Below the pieces are notes generated by a model that made no database searches, was not told the DNA's origin, and worked only from the letters and a program-made list of their open reading frames with translations. The position numbers were made by a program, and so were the translations under genes. Positions 1 through 12,126 of a stretch of 64,000 nt of DNA are shown here, piece by piece. Source of the DNA: Mobula birostris (Eukaryota); the NCBI RefSeq assembly GCF_030028105.1, contig NC_092389.1, positions 63,508,851 through 63,572,850 on the forward strand, in the 5' to 3' direction. Within the stretch, counting starts at the first letter, position 1. Each line of letters opens with the position of its first letter.

Positions 1-1201
1 CTGTGTGAACTCGCTGATGTATCTTCAGTGGAGATGACTTAATGAATCCTTTCCCACAGTCTGAGCAGGTGAACGGCCTCTCCCCAGTGTGAACTGACCA
101 GTGTGCCATTAGAGTGGACGACTGAGTGAATCCTTTCCCACACTCGGAGCAGGTGAACGGCCTCTCCCCAGTGTGAACTGACTGGTGTCTCAGTAGCTGA
201 GATGACAAAGTGAATCCCTTCCCACAGACTGAGCAGGTGAAGGGCCTCTCCCCGGTGTGAACTCGCTGATGTACCTTCAGTTGAGATGGTTGAGTGAATC
301 CCTTCCCACAGACTGAGCAGGTGAATGGCTTCTCCCCAGAGTGAACTGACTGGTGTGTCAGTAGACGAGCTAAACGTGTGAATCCCTTCCCACAGTCTGA
401 GCAGGTGAATGGCCTCTCCTCGGTGTGAACTCTCTGATGTGCCTTCAGTTGGGATGACAAAATGAATCCCTTCCCACAGTCTGAGCAGGTGAACGGTCTC
501 TCCCCAGTGTGAACTCGCTGATGTACCTTAACTTGAGCTGACGAAATGAATCCCTTCCCACAGTCTGAGCAGGTGAATGGCCTCTCCCCAGTGTGAACTC
601 GCTGATGTACTTTCAGCTGAGATGACAAAATGAATCCCTTCCCACAGTCTGAGCAGTTGAATGGCCTCTCCCCAGTGTGAACTCGCTGATGTACCTTCAG
701 TAGAGATGACTTAATGAATCCTTTTCCACAGTCTGAGCAGGTGAACGGCCTCTCCCCAGTGTGAACTGACCAGTGTGCCATTAGAGTGGACGACTGAGTG
801 AATCCTTTCCCACACTCGGAGCAGGTGAATGGCCTCTCCCCAGTGTGAACTGACTGGTGTCTCAGTAGCTGAGATGACAAAGTGAATCCCTTCCCACAGA
901 CTAAGCAGGTGAACGGCCTCTCCCCAGTATGAACTCGCTGATGTACCTTCAGTTGAGATGACTGAGTGAATCCCTTCCCACAGACTGAGCAGGTGAACGG
1001 CCTCTCCCCAGTGTGAACTCGCTGATGTACCTTCAGTTGGGATGATAAAGTGAATCCCTTCCCACAGTCTGAGCAGGTGAATGGCCTCTCCCCAGTGTGA
1101 ACTCGCTGATGTACCTTCAGTTTAGATGACCAAGTGAATCCCTTCCCACAGACTGAGCAGGTGAACGGCCGCTCCCCGGTGTGAAATCGCTGGTGAGCCA
1201 T
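1..1201 (-). CDS. C2H2 zinc-finger array protein (KRAB-less, >=14 tandem fingers), 3' end beyond the window start
   Basis: The reverse strand reads from ATG at 1201 ([22 protein letters not shown]...) through 84-bp repeats of CxxC-x12-HxxxH with HTGERP linkers, and is still in frame at position 2 (...KIHQRVHT). It is missing from the ORF track because no stop falls inside the window. Confidence 0.92.
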   Translation of the reverse strand, partial: MAHQRFHTGERPFTCSVCGKGFTWSSKLKVHQRVHTGERPFTCSDCGKGFTLSSQLKVHQRVHTGERPFTCSVCGKGFTQSSQLKVHQRVHTGERPFTCLVCGKGFTLSSQLLRHQSVHTGERPFTCSECGKGFTQSSTLMAHWSVHTGERPFTCSDCGKGFIKSSLLKVHQRVHTGERPFNCSDCGKGFILSSQLKVHQRVHTGERPFTCSDCGKGFISSAQVKVHQRVHTGERPFTCSDCGKGFILSSQLKAHQRVHTEERPFTCSDCGKGFTRLARLLTHQSVHSGEKPFTCSVCGKGFTQPSQLKVHQRVHTGERPFTCSVCGKGFTLSSQLLRHQSVHTGERPFTCSECGKGFTQSSTLMAHWSVHTGERPFTCSDCGKGFIKSSPLKIHQRVHT

Positions 1202-1562
1202 TAGGTCAGATGACCGAGTGAATCCTTTCCCACAAATTCAGCAGATGACCAGCCTCTGCCCAGTGTGAACTGACTGGTGTGTCCACAGGTGGGAAGACCG
1301 ACTGAATCCCTTCTCACCCACAGGACAAGGTGAACGGCCTTGTCCCAGTGTGAACTTGCTCATGTATCTTCATGAGATGACCTTGAATCCCCACAGTCTG
1401 AAAAGCTGAACAGCCTCTCCCCTGTGTAGACTGACAGGCATGCCAGTCAGTCAGATGATCGAGTGAATCCCTTCCTCCACTTCTTACAGACATGCACAGA
1501 GACAGCAAAACTGGCGTGTTGTGTTCGAGATTCCCGGAGATAAATTCCTTGTCATTTTTAAC
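1202..1562 (-). other. Degenerate zinc-finger repeats upstream of the ATG (likely 5' UTR of the coding exon), with a putative splice acceptor at 1563
   Basis: Finger-like sequence with an in-frame TGA at 1240-1238 and frameshifts at about 1310-1400. The reverse strand reads a T-rich tract then CAG|GTTAAAAATG at 1563/1562. Confidence 0.6.
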
Positions 1563-1800
1563 CTGAAAAAAGATATATAAAATCCATCAATAAGTGAAGA
1601 ACAACATTTCAGATGAGATCACTTCAGTTGTCAAGGTGTGATCTGGCATCTCACTGTTACAGTGAAGTTTAACCCAAGTTGGAGAGAGAAATCATCTTCT
1701 AACTGGGCACAATGCTGGTATCTGGAATGACCATCAAATTCTCTGATGCTCTTCCTGTCTCTTAAAAAAAATAAGGCATTTCTGCCATCTCCAATCTGTG

Positions 1801-3242
1801 GAGTATAAGAAATGCAAGAGAACAAATAAGAAATAAATCAGGATGGCTAAAAGAAGGCATGAGTTTGCCCTCGCAGAAAAGATGAAGAATAATCCTCAGA
1901 GATTCTGGAGTTATATTAAGAGCAAAAGGATTCCAAGGTACAAAGTTGGTCCTCTGGAAGACCAGAATGGCAATCCAGATGTGGAACCAGAGCAGATGGG
2001 AAGATCTTAAATATTGTTTTCATCTCTATTTACTCAGGAGATGGACACAAGGTCTATGGGAGTGTGGAAAAGCAGCATTAACATCGTGGACTCTGTACAG
2101 ATTAAAGAAGAGGAGATGTTTGCTATCCTGAGGCAGATTAGGGTGGATAAATCTCCAGGGCATGACAAGGTGCTCCCTCGGACCCAATGGGAGGCAAGTG
2201 CAGAAATTGTCGGGGCCCTAGCAGAGATAATTAAATCACACTTAGTGACAGGGGAGTTATCAGAGGATTGTAGGATAGGCAAAGTTATTTCGCTGTTCAA
2301 CATAGAACTTAGAAATCTACAGCATACTCCAGGCCATTCAGCTGACAATGTTGTGCCAACTTACTCTAGAAACGGCCTGGAATTTCCCTAGCACATCCCC
2401 CTCTATTTCTCTCAGCTCCAGGTACCTATCTGAGAGGCTGTTAAAAGACCCTATTGTATCTGCCTCCACCACCGCCGCTGGCAGTGCATTCCACGCACCC
2501 ACCACTCTCTGTGTAAAAAACTTATCCCTGACATCCCCTCGGTATCTATTTCCAAGCACCTTAAATCTATGCCCCTCGTGTTAGCCATTTCAGCCCTGGG
2601 AAAAGTGTCTGGCTATCCACACAATTAATGCCCCTCATCATCTTATACACCGAAAAAAGGCTCTAAGCATAAACAAGGAAACTATACATTGCTTTGAGGA
2701 TTTGTTGGAAGGATACACAATTATGAGAGTATAGATAGGGTAAATGCAAGCAGGCTTTTTCCACTGATGTTGGGCAGGACGACAACCAGAGGTCATGGGT
2801 AAGTGGCTTCCCCAGTTATTGAAAATTTAACGGGACTGCGTGGAAAACCTCTTCACTGAATTGATTATGAGAGTGTGGAATGAGATGCCAGCACAAATGG
2901 TGCATGTGAGCTCGATGTCACCATTTTAGGGAAGTTTGGATTGGTACCTGGATGGTTGGGGTATGGAGGGCTGTGGTCCCGGTCGTTGCATTGGACAGCT
3001 TAATTGTTTTCAGCACTGTCTAGACGGGACAAACGGCCTGTTCCTGGACTGAACTTCTCCATGCTTCTTTGACAGAGAAGCTGGCCAAACTTGACTGGAA
3101 GGGGAAGCTGGCAGGAATGTCAGTGGAGCAACAAAGGCTGGAGTTTCTGGGAGCAGTTCGGGAGCTGCATGGTAGATACACACCAGTGAAGCACTCCAAA
3201 GGCAGCAGGACACAACCATGGCTGAAATAAGAAGCCAAAGCC
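1801..3242. mobile_element. Mosaic of CR1 LINE fragments on both strands
   Basis: ORF remnants such as KSPGHDKVLPR...EIVGALAEI and RDKFFTQRVVGAWNALP, plus a CR1-type 3' tail at about 2298. Confidence 0.8.
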
Positions 3243-6200
3243 CCAGCAAGTTAATGGATACTTCTCCTGGTATTAGAGAATGGCGATTTAATTCTAATTT
3301 GCTTCAAGACCCGGATTTTGTTAAGTTTATGAAAGAGCAGATTGATCTCTTCTTTTCCACTAATATTACAGAAGAAATCTCCAACGGGACAACATGGGAG
3401 ACTTTTAAACCATCTATCCGTGCACAGGTTATTTCTGATTCTGTTGGTTTGTAAAAACGTATTAAACGTATTTTGTTGGTTGATAAAATTTAAGAAATTG
3501 ATAAGGAATATTCTATTGCTCCTTGTAAGGAGCTTTATAAACAGAGTCAAACTTCAAATGGAACACAGCTTATTGCTAACATCCCCGATTGAAAATCAAT
3601 TAATGAAAACTAGAAATGAGTTTTATATACACAGTGACAAATCGGGTAATTATTAGCTCATCAATTGAAAACTGCTTCGGTTAAAGATCAAATCATTAAG
3701 ATTCACAAACATGATGACACCGTGACAGTTAATCATGATGAGATAAACAAATCTTTTCAGCAATTTTATACCTCCTTATACCATTCCGAATTTCCTCACC
3801 ATCCCAACACTATGCAGGACTTTTTAAGGAAATTGAATTTTCCGAAATTATCACCCAAAGAATGTTTAACATTAGAAACTCATATTACGGATGAAAAAAT
3901 AACAGCTGTTATTTCTTCAATGAATTCTGGCAAAGCACCTGGGCCAGATGGTTTTACAGTGGAATTTTTAAAGTTATTTTCATCTATTCTTTCTCCTCTG
4001 TTGTCTAGAGTTTTTAAAGAAGCAATCAGATTAGGTAAATTACCGCAATCATCTTATGGAGCTTCTGTTTCTTTAATTCTTAAAAAGAATAAAGATCCTA
4101 CTGATTGTGCATCATACAGACCGAAATCTCTCCTGAATGTAGATTCTAAGATTTTTTCTGAAGTATTAGCAACTAGGTTATTTAAGGTATTACCTCAAAT
4201 TATTTCTGTGGACCTAACTGGATTTATTAAAAACCATTATTCATCTTTTAATATTAGGAGGTTAATGCATATTATTTATACTCCTTCACTTAGTACTCCA
4301 GAATGTGTTATTTCATTAGATGCTGAGAAAGCTTTTGACAGAGTTGAATGGCCATATCTATTTATTGTGCTTGAGAAATTTCATTTTAGTCCAATATTTA
4401 TATCTTGGATTAAATTGATATATCATACCCCTGTAGCTTCCGTTTGTACTAACATTCAAAGATCTCCCTTTTTTTGCTTATCTCGGAGTACTAGGCAGGG
4501 ATGTACTCTTGGCCCATTATTATTTGATATTGCCCTTGAAACTTAAGCAATTGCTATCTGAGTCTCACCAAACATTTTTGGTATTACACGTGGGAATCAA
4601 ATACACAAGTTATTATATGCAAACGATTTGTTATTATACATTTAATCCTGAGAAATCCGTTCCTACTATTTTATCTTTGTTGGCTCAGTTTAGTAATTTT
4701 TCTGGTTATAAACTGAACCTTAATAAGAGTGAACTATTTCCCCTAAATATGCAGGTTCCAATTCATGGATGTTTGTCATTTAAATTGGATACTGATTTTT
4801 TTACATATTTAGAGGTTAAAATTACAAAAAGGCATAAGGATTTACTTAAGGCTAATTTCTTACCTTTAATTGATCAGAATAAACTTTTGTTTACTGAATG
4901 GCCACCAATGTCTCTGTCATTGATCGGTCGGATCAATGCTATTAAGATGGTTATTTTACCTAAATTTTTATATTTATTTCAAGCGGTGCCAATTTTTATT
5001 CCGAAATCCTTTTTTGATAATGTTAATTCCAAAATTGCTTCATATATATGGCAGAATAAAAATCCTAGGTTAGGTAAAAGATACTTACAGAAATCTAAAA
5101 AGGAACAGGGTTTGTCATTGCCGAATTTTAGATTTTACTATTGGGCAATTAATATTCGATATTTAAAATTTGGTTATGGGACTTGGATGTAACTGCAAGT
5201 CCACATTGGGTAAATCTTGACTGTTCGTTTCCACGGATGCTGCCCGACCTGCTGAGTTCCTCCAGCGTGTTGTGAGTGTTGCTTTGACCCCAGCATCTGC
5301 AGAGTATTTTCTGTCAAAAATCTTGAATGTAATTCTTTACAAGGGTTTCCATTGGGTTCTATTTTAGGCACTTTGCTTCCCTTTACTCTTTCTAAATTGT
5401 ATAAACAAATGGATAACCTAATAGTGAAATATACTTTATGAATATGGTTTCAATTTTGAAAATCTTTTGGGTTGAATCAATTTATTCTTGCAAGTCATAG
5501 TATATCTATTTTTTTCTTTCAACCCTCCATTATGGACCAAGCATATCTGGCTTAGAAAACTAAAGGTATAGTACAATATTGTGATCTATTTTTGGATAAT
5601 TGTTTCATGTCCTTTGAACAATTATCTAACAAATACAGCTTGCCTCGATCCCATTTTTTAAAGAAATTTACAGATTAGAAACTTCTTAAATACTGTTTCT
5701 CCTACCTTCCCGAATTTATATTCAATGGATATTTTGGAAAAAAAATTAGATTTAAATCCTTTTCAGAAAGGTGTAATTGCAACTATTTGCAATATAATTA
5801 TGAAAATACATCCAGACGTATCTAATAAAGTTAAGACTGATTGGGAAAGGGAACTTAAGATTACTTTACTGATTGAAAAATGGGAAAAAAAATTCTTCAA
5901 TTAGTTAATTCATCCTCTATATGTGCTGAACATGCATTGATACAGTTTAAAGTAGTGCATAGGGCTCATATGTCTAAGGATAAATTAGCTCATTATGACT
6001 CTCATATAAATCCTGTGTGTGATAGATGTCACTCTGAGATAGCTTCTTTAACTCATATGTTTTGGTCATGTCCTCTTTTAAAAAAATACTGGAAAGACAT
6101 CTTTGATATTATCTCAACTGTTTTGAGTATTGATTTACAACCCCACCCTATTACTGCAATTTTTGGTTTACCAATGATAGAACCAAATCTTTTAACCTCT

Positions 6201-6801
6201 TCACTTCAGTTCGTCGGATGGTTGCATTTCTTATATTAATGGCTAGAAGATCCATTTTGCTGAATTGGAAAGAGATCAATCCTCCCACCACATTTCATTG
6301 GTTCTCTCAAACTATGTTGTGTTTAAACTTAGAAAAAATTAGGCGTGTTATTTATGATCCCTCTATTAAATTCGAAAAGGCTTGGAGGCCATTTATTCAA
6401 CACTTCCACATGATGTAATCTGATCTTTTCCAATCCTGTTCTCTCTCTTTTTAATGCATGTTGAGAGGAGCGGAGTCAACGACATTAATGGTTCTTTTTT
6501 TTAATGTTTCACAACAGCCCAGGTCTTTTTTTTTTAGTTTAGTTGGTTAACACTGTTCAGGTTAGTTTTTTTTTTTGGGAGAGGATTTATTTTTCTTTCC
6601 TTTTTCATGATATATTTAAAAAAAATTTGTATATTATATTATATTTGCATCCTGTATAATTGGGAGGTTTAATACCTGTGTGTCAACTGGGTGTATATTT
6701 AAATATGTTAAGTACAACAATGTGATCCCAATAACTTTGTATCAATACTATGTTATGTTTATTATTATGAAACCAATGAAAAGATTGAAAAAGAAAGAAA
6801 C
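3243..6801 (+). mobile_element. 5'-truncated L1-clade LINE (disrupted ORF2, RT plus CCHC) with a 13-bp TSD
   Basis: Motifs KAPGPDGFTVEF, SLDAEKAFDRVEW, RQGCTLGPLLF and CDRC...LTHMFWSC, and an A-rich tail. TSD agaagccaaagcc at 3230-3242 and 6802-6814. Multiple stops and frameshifts. Confidence 0.93.
5221..5317 (+). mobile_element. Short Penelope-like (pLTR-derived) repeat inserted in the L1
   Basis: Sequence gatgctgcccgacctgctgagttcctccagc...ccagcatctgcaga is shared with many copies in the window. 9-bp TSD aaatcttga at 5212-5220 and 5318-5326. Confidence 0.8.
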
Positions 6802-6814
6802 AGAAGCCAAAGCC

Positions 6815-7840
6815 AACATAAATGCCAAAGAGAGGGCAAATAATAGAGCAAAAAATACTGGGAAGCTTTTAAAAACCAACAGAAAGTCAGATGAGCTCAG
6901 GGCGTGGAATTATGAAATTGTAGTCATTAATGAGTCTTGGTTGCACCCAACAGCCTGAGGCATTTGGAGGAACAACATATTCAGGGACTTAATATCGCTC
7001 GAAAACCAAGGTTCCCTGCACCAGTTACCATTCAACTTTTATTTTTGGAAGGCACATACAAACTCTACACACACAAAATTTCACTTCCAAAGGCCTCCCA
7101 CTTACCAAGCACTCCTTTGCCAGAAAACAGCCTGTCCCAATCCACACTTGTCAGATCCTTTCTGACACCATCAAAATTGACCTTTCTCCAATTTAGAATC
7201 TCAAACCGTGGTCCAGGCCGCTCTTTTTCTATATTTACTTAGAATCTCATGGCATTATGATCACTAGCTACAAAGTGTTCCCATACACTAATTTCCGTCA
7301 CTAGCCCTGGACCATTTCCTAATAGCTTATTGCACACTTCTACGTCAGAAATTCTACATACTGATTAAGGGCACATTTGACAAACTCTACCCCATCTAGT
7401 CCTTATACAGTATGGGAGTTATAGTCAATATATGGGAATTTAAAATCACTTACCATCTCAACTTTTGTTTCTTGTCATAGTCTGCGATCTCTCTACAAAT
7501 TTGTTCCTCTAAATCCCTCAGACTGCTGGGTGCAACCAACTCCCAGTAATGGCTACAATATCATAATTACCTGATCCGTACATACGTGGTGTGCGGTGAA
7601 AAAGGCACAACGGTGCCTCTTTCACCTCAGATGGTTGAAGAAGTTTGGTGTGGTTCCCCAAATCCCAAGAACTTTCTACAGGGGCACACTTGAGAGCATG
7701 CTGAGGGTCTGCATGGTACGGGAACTGTACTTCCCTCAGTCGCAGGGCTCTGCAGAGAGTGGTGCGGACAGCCCAGCCCATCTGTAGATGTGAACCTCCC
7801 ACTGTCCAGGATATTTACATTATTGTGTAAAAAGGACCTG
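6815..7840. mobile_element. CR1 fragments and a Rex1-type RT 3' fragment
   Basis: CR1 endonuclease remnants (NYEIVVINESWL; minus-strand fragments) and KKAQRCLFHLRWLKKFG at 7596-7787. Confidence 0.65.
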
Positions 7841-7849
7841 TAGGATCAT

Positions 7850-8290
7850 TGGGGAGCGGAGTCACCCCAACCACAGGATGTGGCAGCTGCTACCATCCGG
7901 GAGACGGGACCGCAACATAACAGCCGGGACCATCGGCTCCCATTCCCCCAGCAGCCGGAAGCTCCCCGGGGCCCGGGTACGGATCGTGGGGCTGAAAGAG
8001 AGGGACTGTCCCGGGACTGCGGGCCACGGTGCCCGGACACAGTCGGTGCCGAAACCCCCCGCCCGGCCGGCGATCCGCTCTCACCTGATGCCGGTCGTTC
8101 CCAGGCCGTTTGTGTACTGTGCGCATGCGTGATATCCGGTTACGTCACAATCCTGACGCCTGCGCCTGCGCATTTAATTGGTGCTGCGGGGGGGGCGGGT
8201 TTCTTTCTAAGGCTCCGCTTTCGGGGTAATCACGGTGCCGTTAGGTTTCTGCAAGCACCGGTTCTGTGTCCGTGTCTCACTGTGTTTTGT
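7850..8290 (-). promoter_or_regulatory. CpG-island promoter and non-coding first exon, probably of the zinc-finger gene
   Basis: CpG-rich. NRF1-type motifs tgcgcatgcgt (8120-8130) and tgcgcctgcgca (8161-8172), CRE-like ttacgtca (8140-8147), attgg (about 8176-8180), GC box (about 8191-8199), and a minus-strand donor CAG|GTGAGA at 8085/8084. Confidence 0.75.
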
Positions 8291-8445
8291 GTGTAGAAAA
8301 CTCAGCAGCTGTTTTAACGCAGAAAGCAGCTTCTGTAAATAATATACTCGATATCAACAGGCATTTCGCCTGTCAAGAGCCAAGTACAACCCTCTTAGAA
8401 ATGCAGATATAAAACACAAGAGATTCTGCAGTTGCTGGAAATGTA

Positions 8446-8446
<1 letters not shown>

Positions 8447-8483
<37 letters not shown>
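8447..8483. repeat. (CA)n microsatellite inside a degenerate Penelope-like repeat (about 8415-8630)
   Basis: Direct reading. Confidence 0.95.
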
Positions 8484-8487
<4 letters not shown>

Positions 8488-9029
8488 TCTGGAGGAACTC
8501 TGCAGTCCAGGCAGAAACTAAGCAGAGGAGTACACAGTCCAAACATGCTGAAGGGACTCGGCCTAAATGTTGTCTATTTATTGCTCTCCACATTTGCTCC
8601 ACATCTGTTGATTTTCTCCAGTATTTTCCAGAAATTAACCACTTTTAAAAAAAATCAATCAGCTTCCAGATGTTTCTCATCTTTCATTTGTAGCCACATC
8701 AGGCTGGTCTGATTCATCTTCCTCCTCGTAAACTCCAGACCCTATCTCTTTCTGGAGCCCCAGAGCCCTGACTGGTGCTGGCAACTCGTTGGTTTCTGAC
8801 TCTGCTCCATCGAAGATTCACTCGCTAGTCTGCTGTCAGACCTTAGAGGCGCATTGCACCAACCCAGCTGTCTGAGGCACAGTCCTTTGAAATGAGTGAA
8901 AGTGACAGAAAACGTTGAAAAGAACGGGGAAGAAGGAGTTTAACCACTTAGTCCGGAGCCCTGAAGAACATCAAAATCACAGTGAACTCATCGTCTTATT
9001 CAGCCTAGAAAAAATCATGCAGGAAATTC

Positions 9030-9290
9030 ATACAGGTGTGTAAGGCAATGAGAGGCATTGATAGTGAGGATAGCCAGAGGCTTTTTCCCAGGACGGAAAT
9101 GGCTCACACGAGGGGGCATCGTTTTAAGGTCCTTGCAAGTAGGTGCATGGGAGATGTCAGAGGTAAGTTTTTTACACAAAGAATGGTGGCTGTGTGGTAT
9201 ACACTGCCAGCGACAGTGGTAGAGGCAAATACAATAAGGGTTTTAGATGGATACATGGAGCTTAGAAAATTAAAGGGATATGTGGTATGG
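9030..9290 (+). mobile_element. CR1 3' fragment
   Basis: QRLFPR...TRGHRFKV...FFTQRMVAVWYTLP. Confidence 0.8.
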
Positions 9291-9318
9291 TACGTCTGGA
9301 GTTCCTCGAGTAGGTTAT

Positions 9319-10413
9319 TGTCATGGTCCGGTCCGTGGACTCAGGACTCCGGATCCCTTGTTTGGTTGAGTTAATCATAGGCGCCTGATTCCCATCTTGG
9401 GGCTTGGAATATAAGTGGCCTTGGGTCGAGTGTGAGCTGCTAGTTTGTCCTGTCAAGATTCCCTGGACCAGCTGAGTGGCCGTCAGCTGCTCTGAGCTAG
9501 GTAGGGATCCGGCTGTTTCCACATCCAGCCTAGGTTGCTGGCCATAACTGCGACTCGGAGCAACCCCGATGCAGAGATGCAATTGTCTGTCATTCTTTGG
9601 CGTTTGTCTCTTCTTCTCCTCGCCTCCGTGGGGTAAGTCAGGCCGTTCTGCCGTTGCCCTGCGGTGGGATCTGTCTTGTCTTGTCCTCGCCTCCGTGGGG
9701 TAAGTCAGGCCATTCTGCTGTTGCCCTGCGGGGGGATCTGTCTTGTCTTGTCCTCGCCTCCGTGGGGTAAGTCAGGCCGTTCTGCTGTTACCCTGGGGGG
9801 TGGAGGGGGGGGGGGGGGAGACTGTCTTGTCTTGTCTTTGCCTCTGTTGGGTAAGTCCAGCCGTTTTGCCGTTACCCGACGGAGGGACCTGTCCCAACTT
9901 GGTGTTGAGTCCCGGATCTATGTCTATGTTCTGTCCAGTTTCATGTTCGTGTCGTGTTAAACATGAGTCTCAGCTTTTCAAAGGATAAGTCCCGGCTCTA
10001 TGTTGATGGTCTACAGTTGCCAGTCTGTCTCCGAGTTATCAGCCTCCGCATCTCAAGACCCAAGAGCCCAGCCTTCAGCCTCAAGACCCAAGACCCCAGC
10101 CTGTCTCCAAGCTCCAGCCTCAAGACCCTAGCCTGTCTCCAAGCTCCAGCCTCAAGACCCCAGCCTCCAGTCCTGTTGTCATGTCATGTCCTTGCCTGGT
10201 TCTGGGGCCCGAGCCCGAGGCAAGACCCAGGTTCTGGGTCCTTGTCCAGTCTCTGGTTCGGAGTCCAAACCCAGGTGCCAAGTTCATAGTTCCTCGTCCA
10301 GTTTCCCTGTTTCTTGTCCATGTCCTAGCCCAGATCCTGCATCCTAGTCCTGTTCCTAGTACTTCAGTGCCTGTGTCTCGCACTTGGTTCTACCACCAGT
10401 GCCCCACATATGA
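9319..10413 (+). mobile_element. Probable solo LTR (Gypsy-type) with internal tandem repeats
   Basis: Starts TGTCA, has a TATA-like tataag at about 9410 and repeated cctcgcctccgtggggtaagtcaggcc units, and ends ...tga where the next element interrupts it. No ORF. Confidence 0.55.
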
Positions 10414-11092
10414 TTAGATTATGAGGACACTCAGTCCTCGTTTATTGTCATTTAGAAATGCATGCATGCATTAAGAAATGGTACAATGTTCCTCCAGAGT
10501 GATATCACAAAAAAAAACAGGACAAACCAAAGACTAGCACTGACAAAACCACATAATTATAACATATAGATACAACAGTGCAAAGCAATACCATAGTTTG
10601 ATCAAGAACAGACCATGGGCACGGTTAAAAGAAGTCTCCATTCCCGATCGACTCCGACAGTCCCCGATAGCAGGTGGCAAAAAAGGCGAAACTCTCCCTG
10701 TCATGAACTTCCAGGCACCGAGAACTGCCGATGCATTGGAATCACCCGGCCACAGCCGACTCTGAGCCCGTCCGAAAACTTCGAGCCTCCAACCAGTCCC
10801 TCCAATACAGCCTCCCGAGCGCCATCCTCTGTCGAGCGCCTTCGACCTTGTCCCGGCCGCTAAAACAAGCAAAGCCGAGGACTCGGAGGCCTTCTGCTCC
10901 GGAGATTCCGGACCACACAGTAGCAGCGGCAGCGAAGCGGGCATTTCAGAAGTTTCTCCAGATGTTCCTCCGTGCTCTCACGTCTGTCTCCATCAAATCA
11001 GAATTGTGCACGGTACCCTACTTAACAAATACAGATATCATTCACCGGAGAGTCCGTGCGCGCTGTGTCGCGCCACCATCTTCTCCTCCCAC
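10414..11092 (-). mobile_element. Non-autonomous LINE-derived/SINE-like element, apparently full length
   Basis: The reverse strand starts gggaggagaagatggtggcg and ends AATAAA, a gaggac-n5-gtcctc stem-loop and a (TCTAA)-type tail. A second copy lies at about 12310-12758. Confidence 0.7.
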
Positions 11093-11940
11093 CTTCATTG
11101 GACCGTCTACATTTTGCCAAGCAGCCTCCTGCGGAAGTGAATGGTGCCGTCACCTACCCGTGGCAGCGAGCTCACCCATTCCTGGCTGATACTGGTGGTG
11201 CCTTCAACATAATTCAATCACTTCCTCTGAGCGAGCAGCTGCAAGGGATGGAGGTAGAAAAGACCACTATCTCCTGGCTTACTGACTACCTGACCGACAG
11301 ACCCCAGTTTGTACGACTGGGCAGTTCTTTGTTTGAGATAGTGGTGAGTGACAGCGGAGCCCCACAAGGGACTGTCCCGTCTCCGTTTCTGTTCACACTG
11401 AACACCTCAGACTTTCAGTGGAACTCTGAGTCTGGCCACTTGCAGAAGTTCTCTGATGACTCTGCGGTAGCTGGTTGTATCAGGAATGGACAGGAGTCGG
11501 AGCACAGAGGACTGGTGGAGAGGATTGTGGAATAGCGCGGGAGGAATCGCCTGCCCCTGAACGTGGCCAAAACCAGGGAAATGGTGATTGGTTTTAGGTG
11601 GAAGAGGACGGTGGCGATTCTTGTATACATTCTGCGAGAGGAGGTTGCGGTGGTGGAGGAGTACAAATATTTGGGTGTTCACCTCGACAGCAGACTTGAC
11701 TGGAAAACCAACCCCAAGGCTGTTTACAAGCGGGGGATCAGCAAACTCTATTTTCTGAGGAAGCCGTGATACTTCAAAGTGTGCAGCAGGATGTTGGAGT
11801 CATTTTACCAGTCAGTTGTAGCGAGTGCAGTCTTCTTTCTTGTTTTATGTTGGGGGAGCAGCATCGGTATCTGTGATGCAAAAAGACTAAATAAACTCAT
11901 CAAGAAGAATGGATCTGTCCTTGGCAACAACACGGATTCT

Positions 11941-12126
11941 CAAACACGAGGAAATCTGCAGATGCTGGAACTTCAAGCAACATGCATAAAAATTGCTGGT
12001 GAACGCAGCAGGCCAGGCAACATCTCTAGGAAGAGGTACAGTCGACGTCCTGACGAAGGGTCTCGGCCCGAAACGTCGCCTGTACCTCTTCCTAGAGATG
12101 CGTTCATCAGCAACTTTGATGTGTGT
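11941..12126. mobile_element. Penelope-like inverted cassette with a hammerhead motif
   Basis: An antisense copy (11941-12046) is fused to a sense copy (12047-12126). Imperfect TSD aacacggattct / aacccggagtct. Confidence 0.75.
12047..12082 (+). ncRNA. Minimal type I hammerhead ribozyme motif
   Basis: gtc CTGACGA a ggg-tctcgg-ccc GAAA cg TC gcc; stem I carries a mismatch. Confidence 0.6.

Noticed and set aside
1238-1240. In-frame TGA in a CxxC motif read as selenocysteine
   Set aside because: The TGA is at a spacer position (usually TCA, Ser), not a Cys position, and frameshifts lie just upstream.
3665-4546. 293-aa RT ORF as a host gene or active element
   Set aside because: It is a fragment of a 5'-truncated L1 with flanking stops and frameshifts.
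7878-8296. GC-rich ORFs over the CpG island
   Set aside because: No recognisable domains; explained by the scarcity of stop codons in GC-rich promoter DNA.
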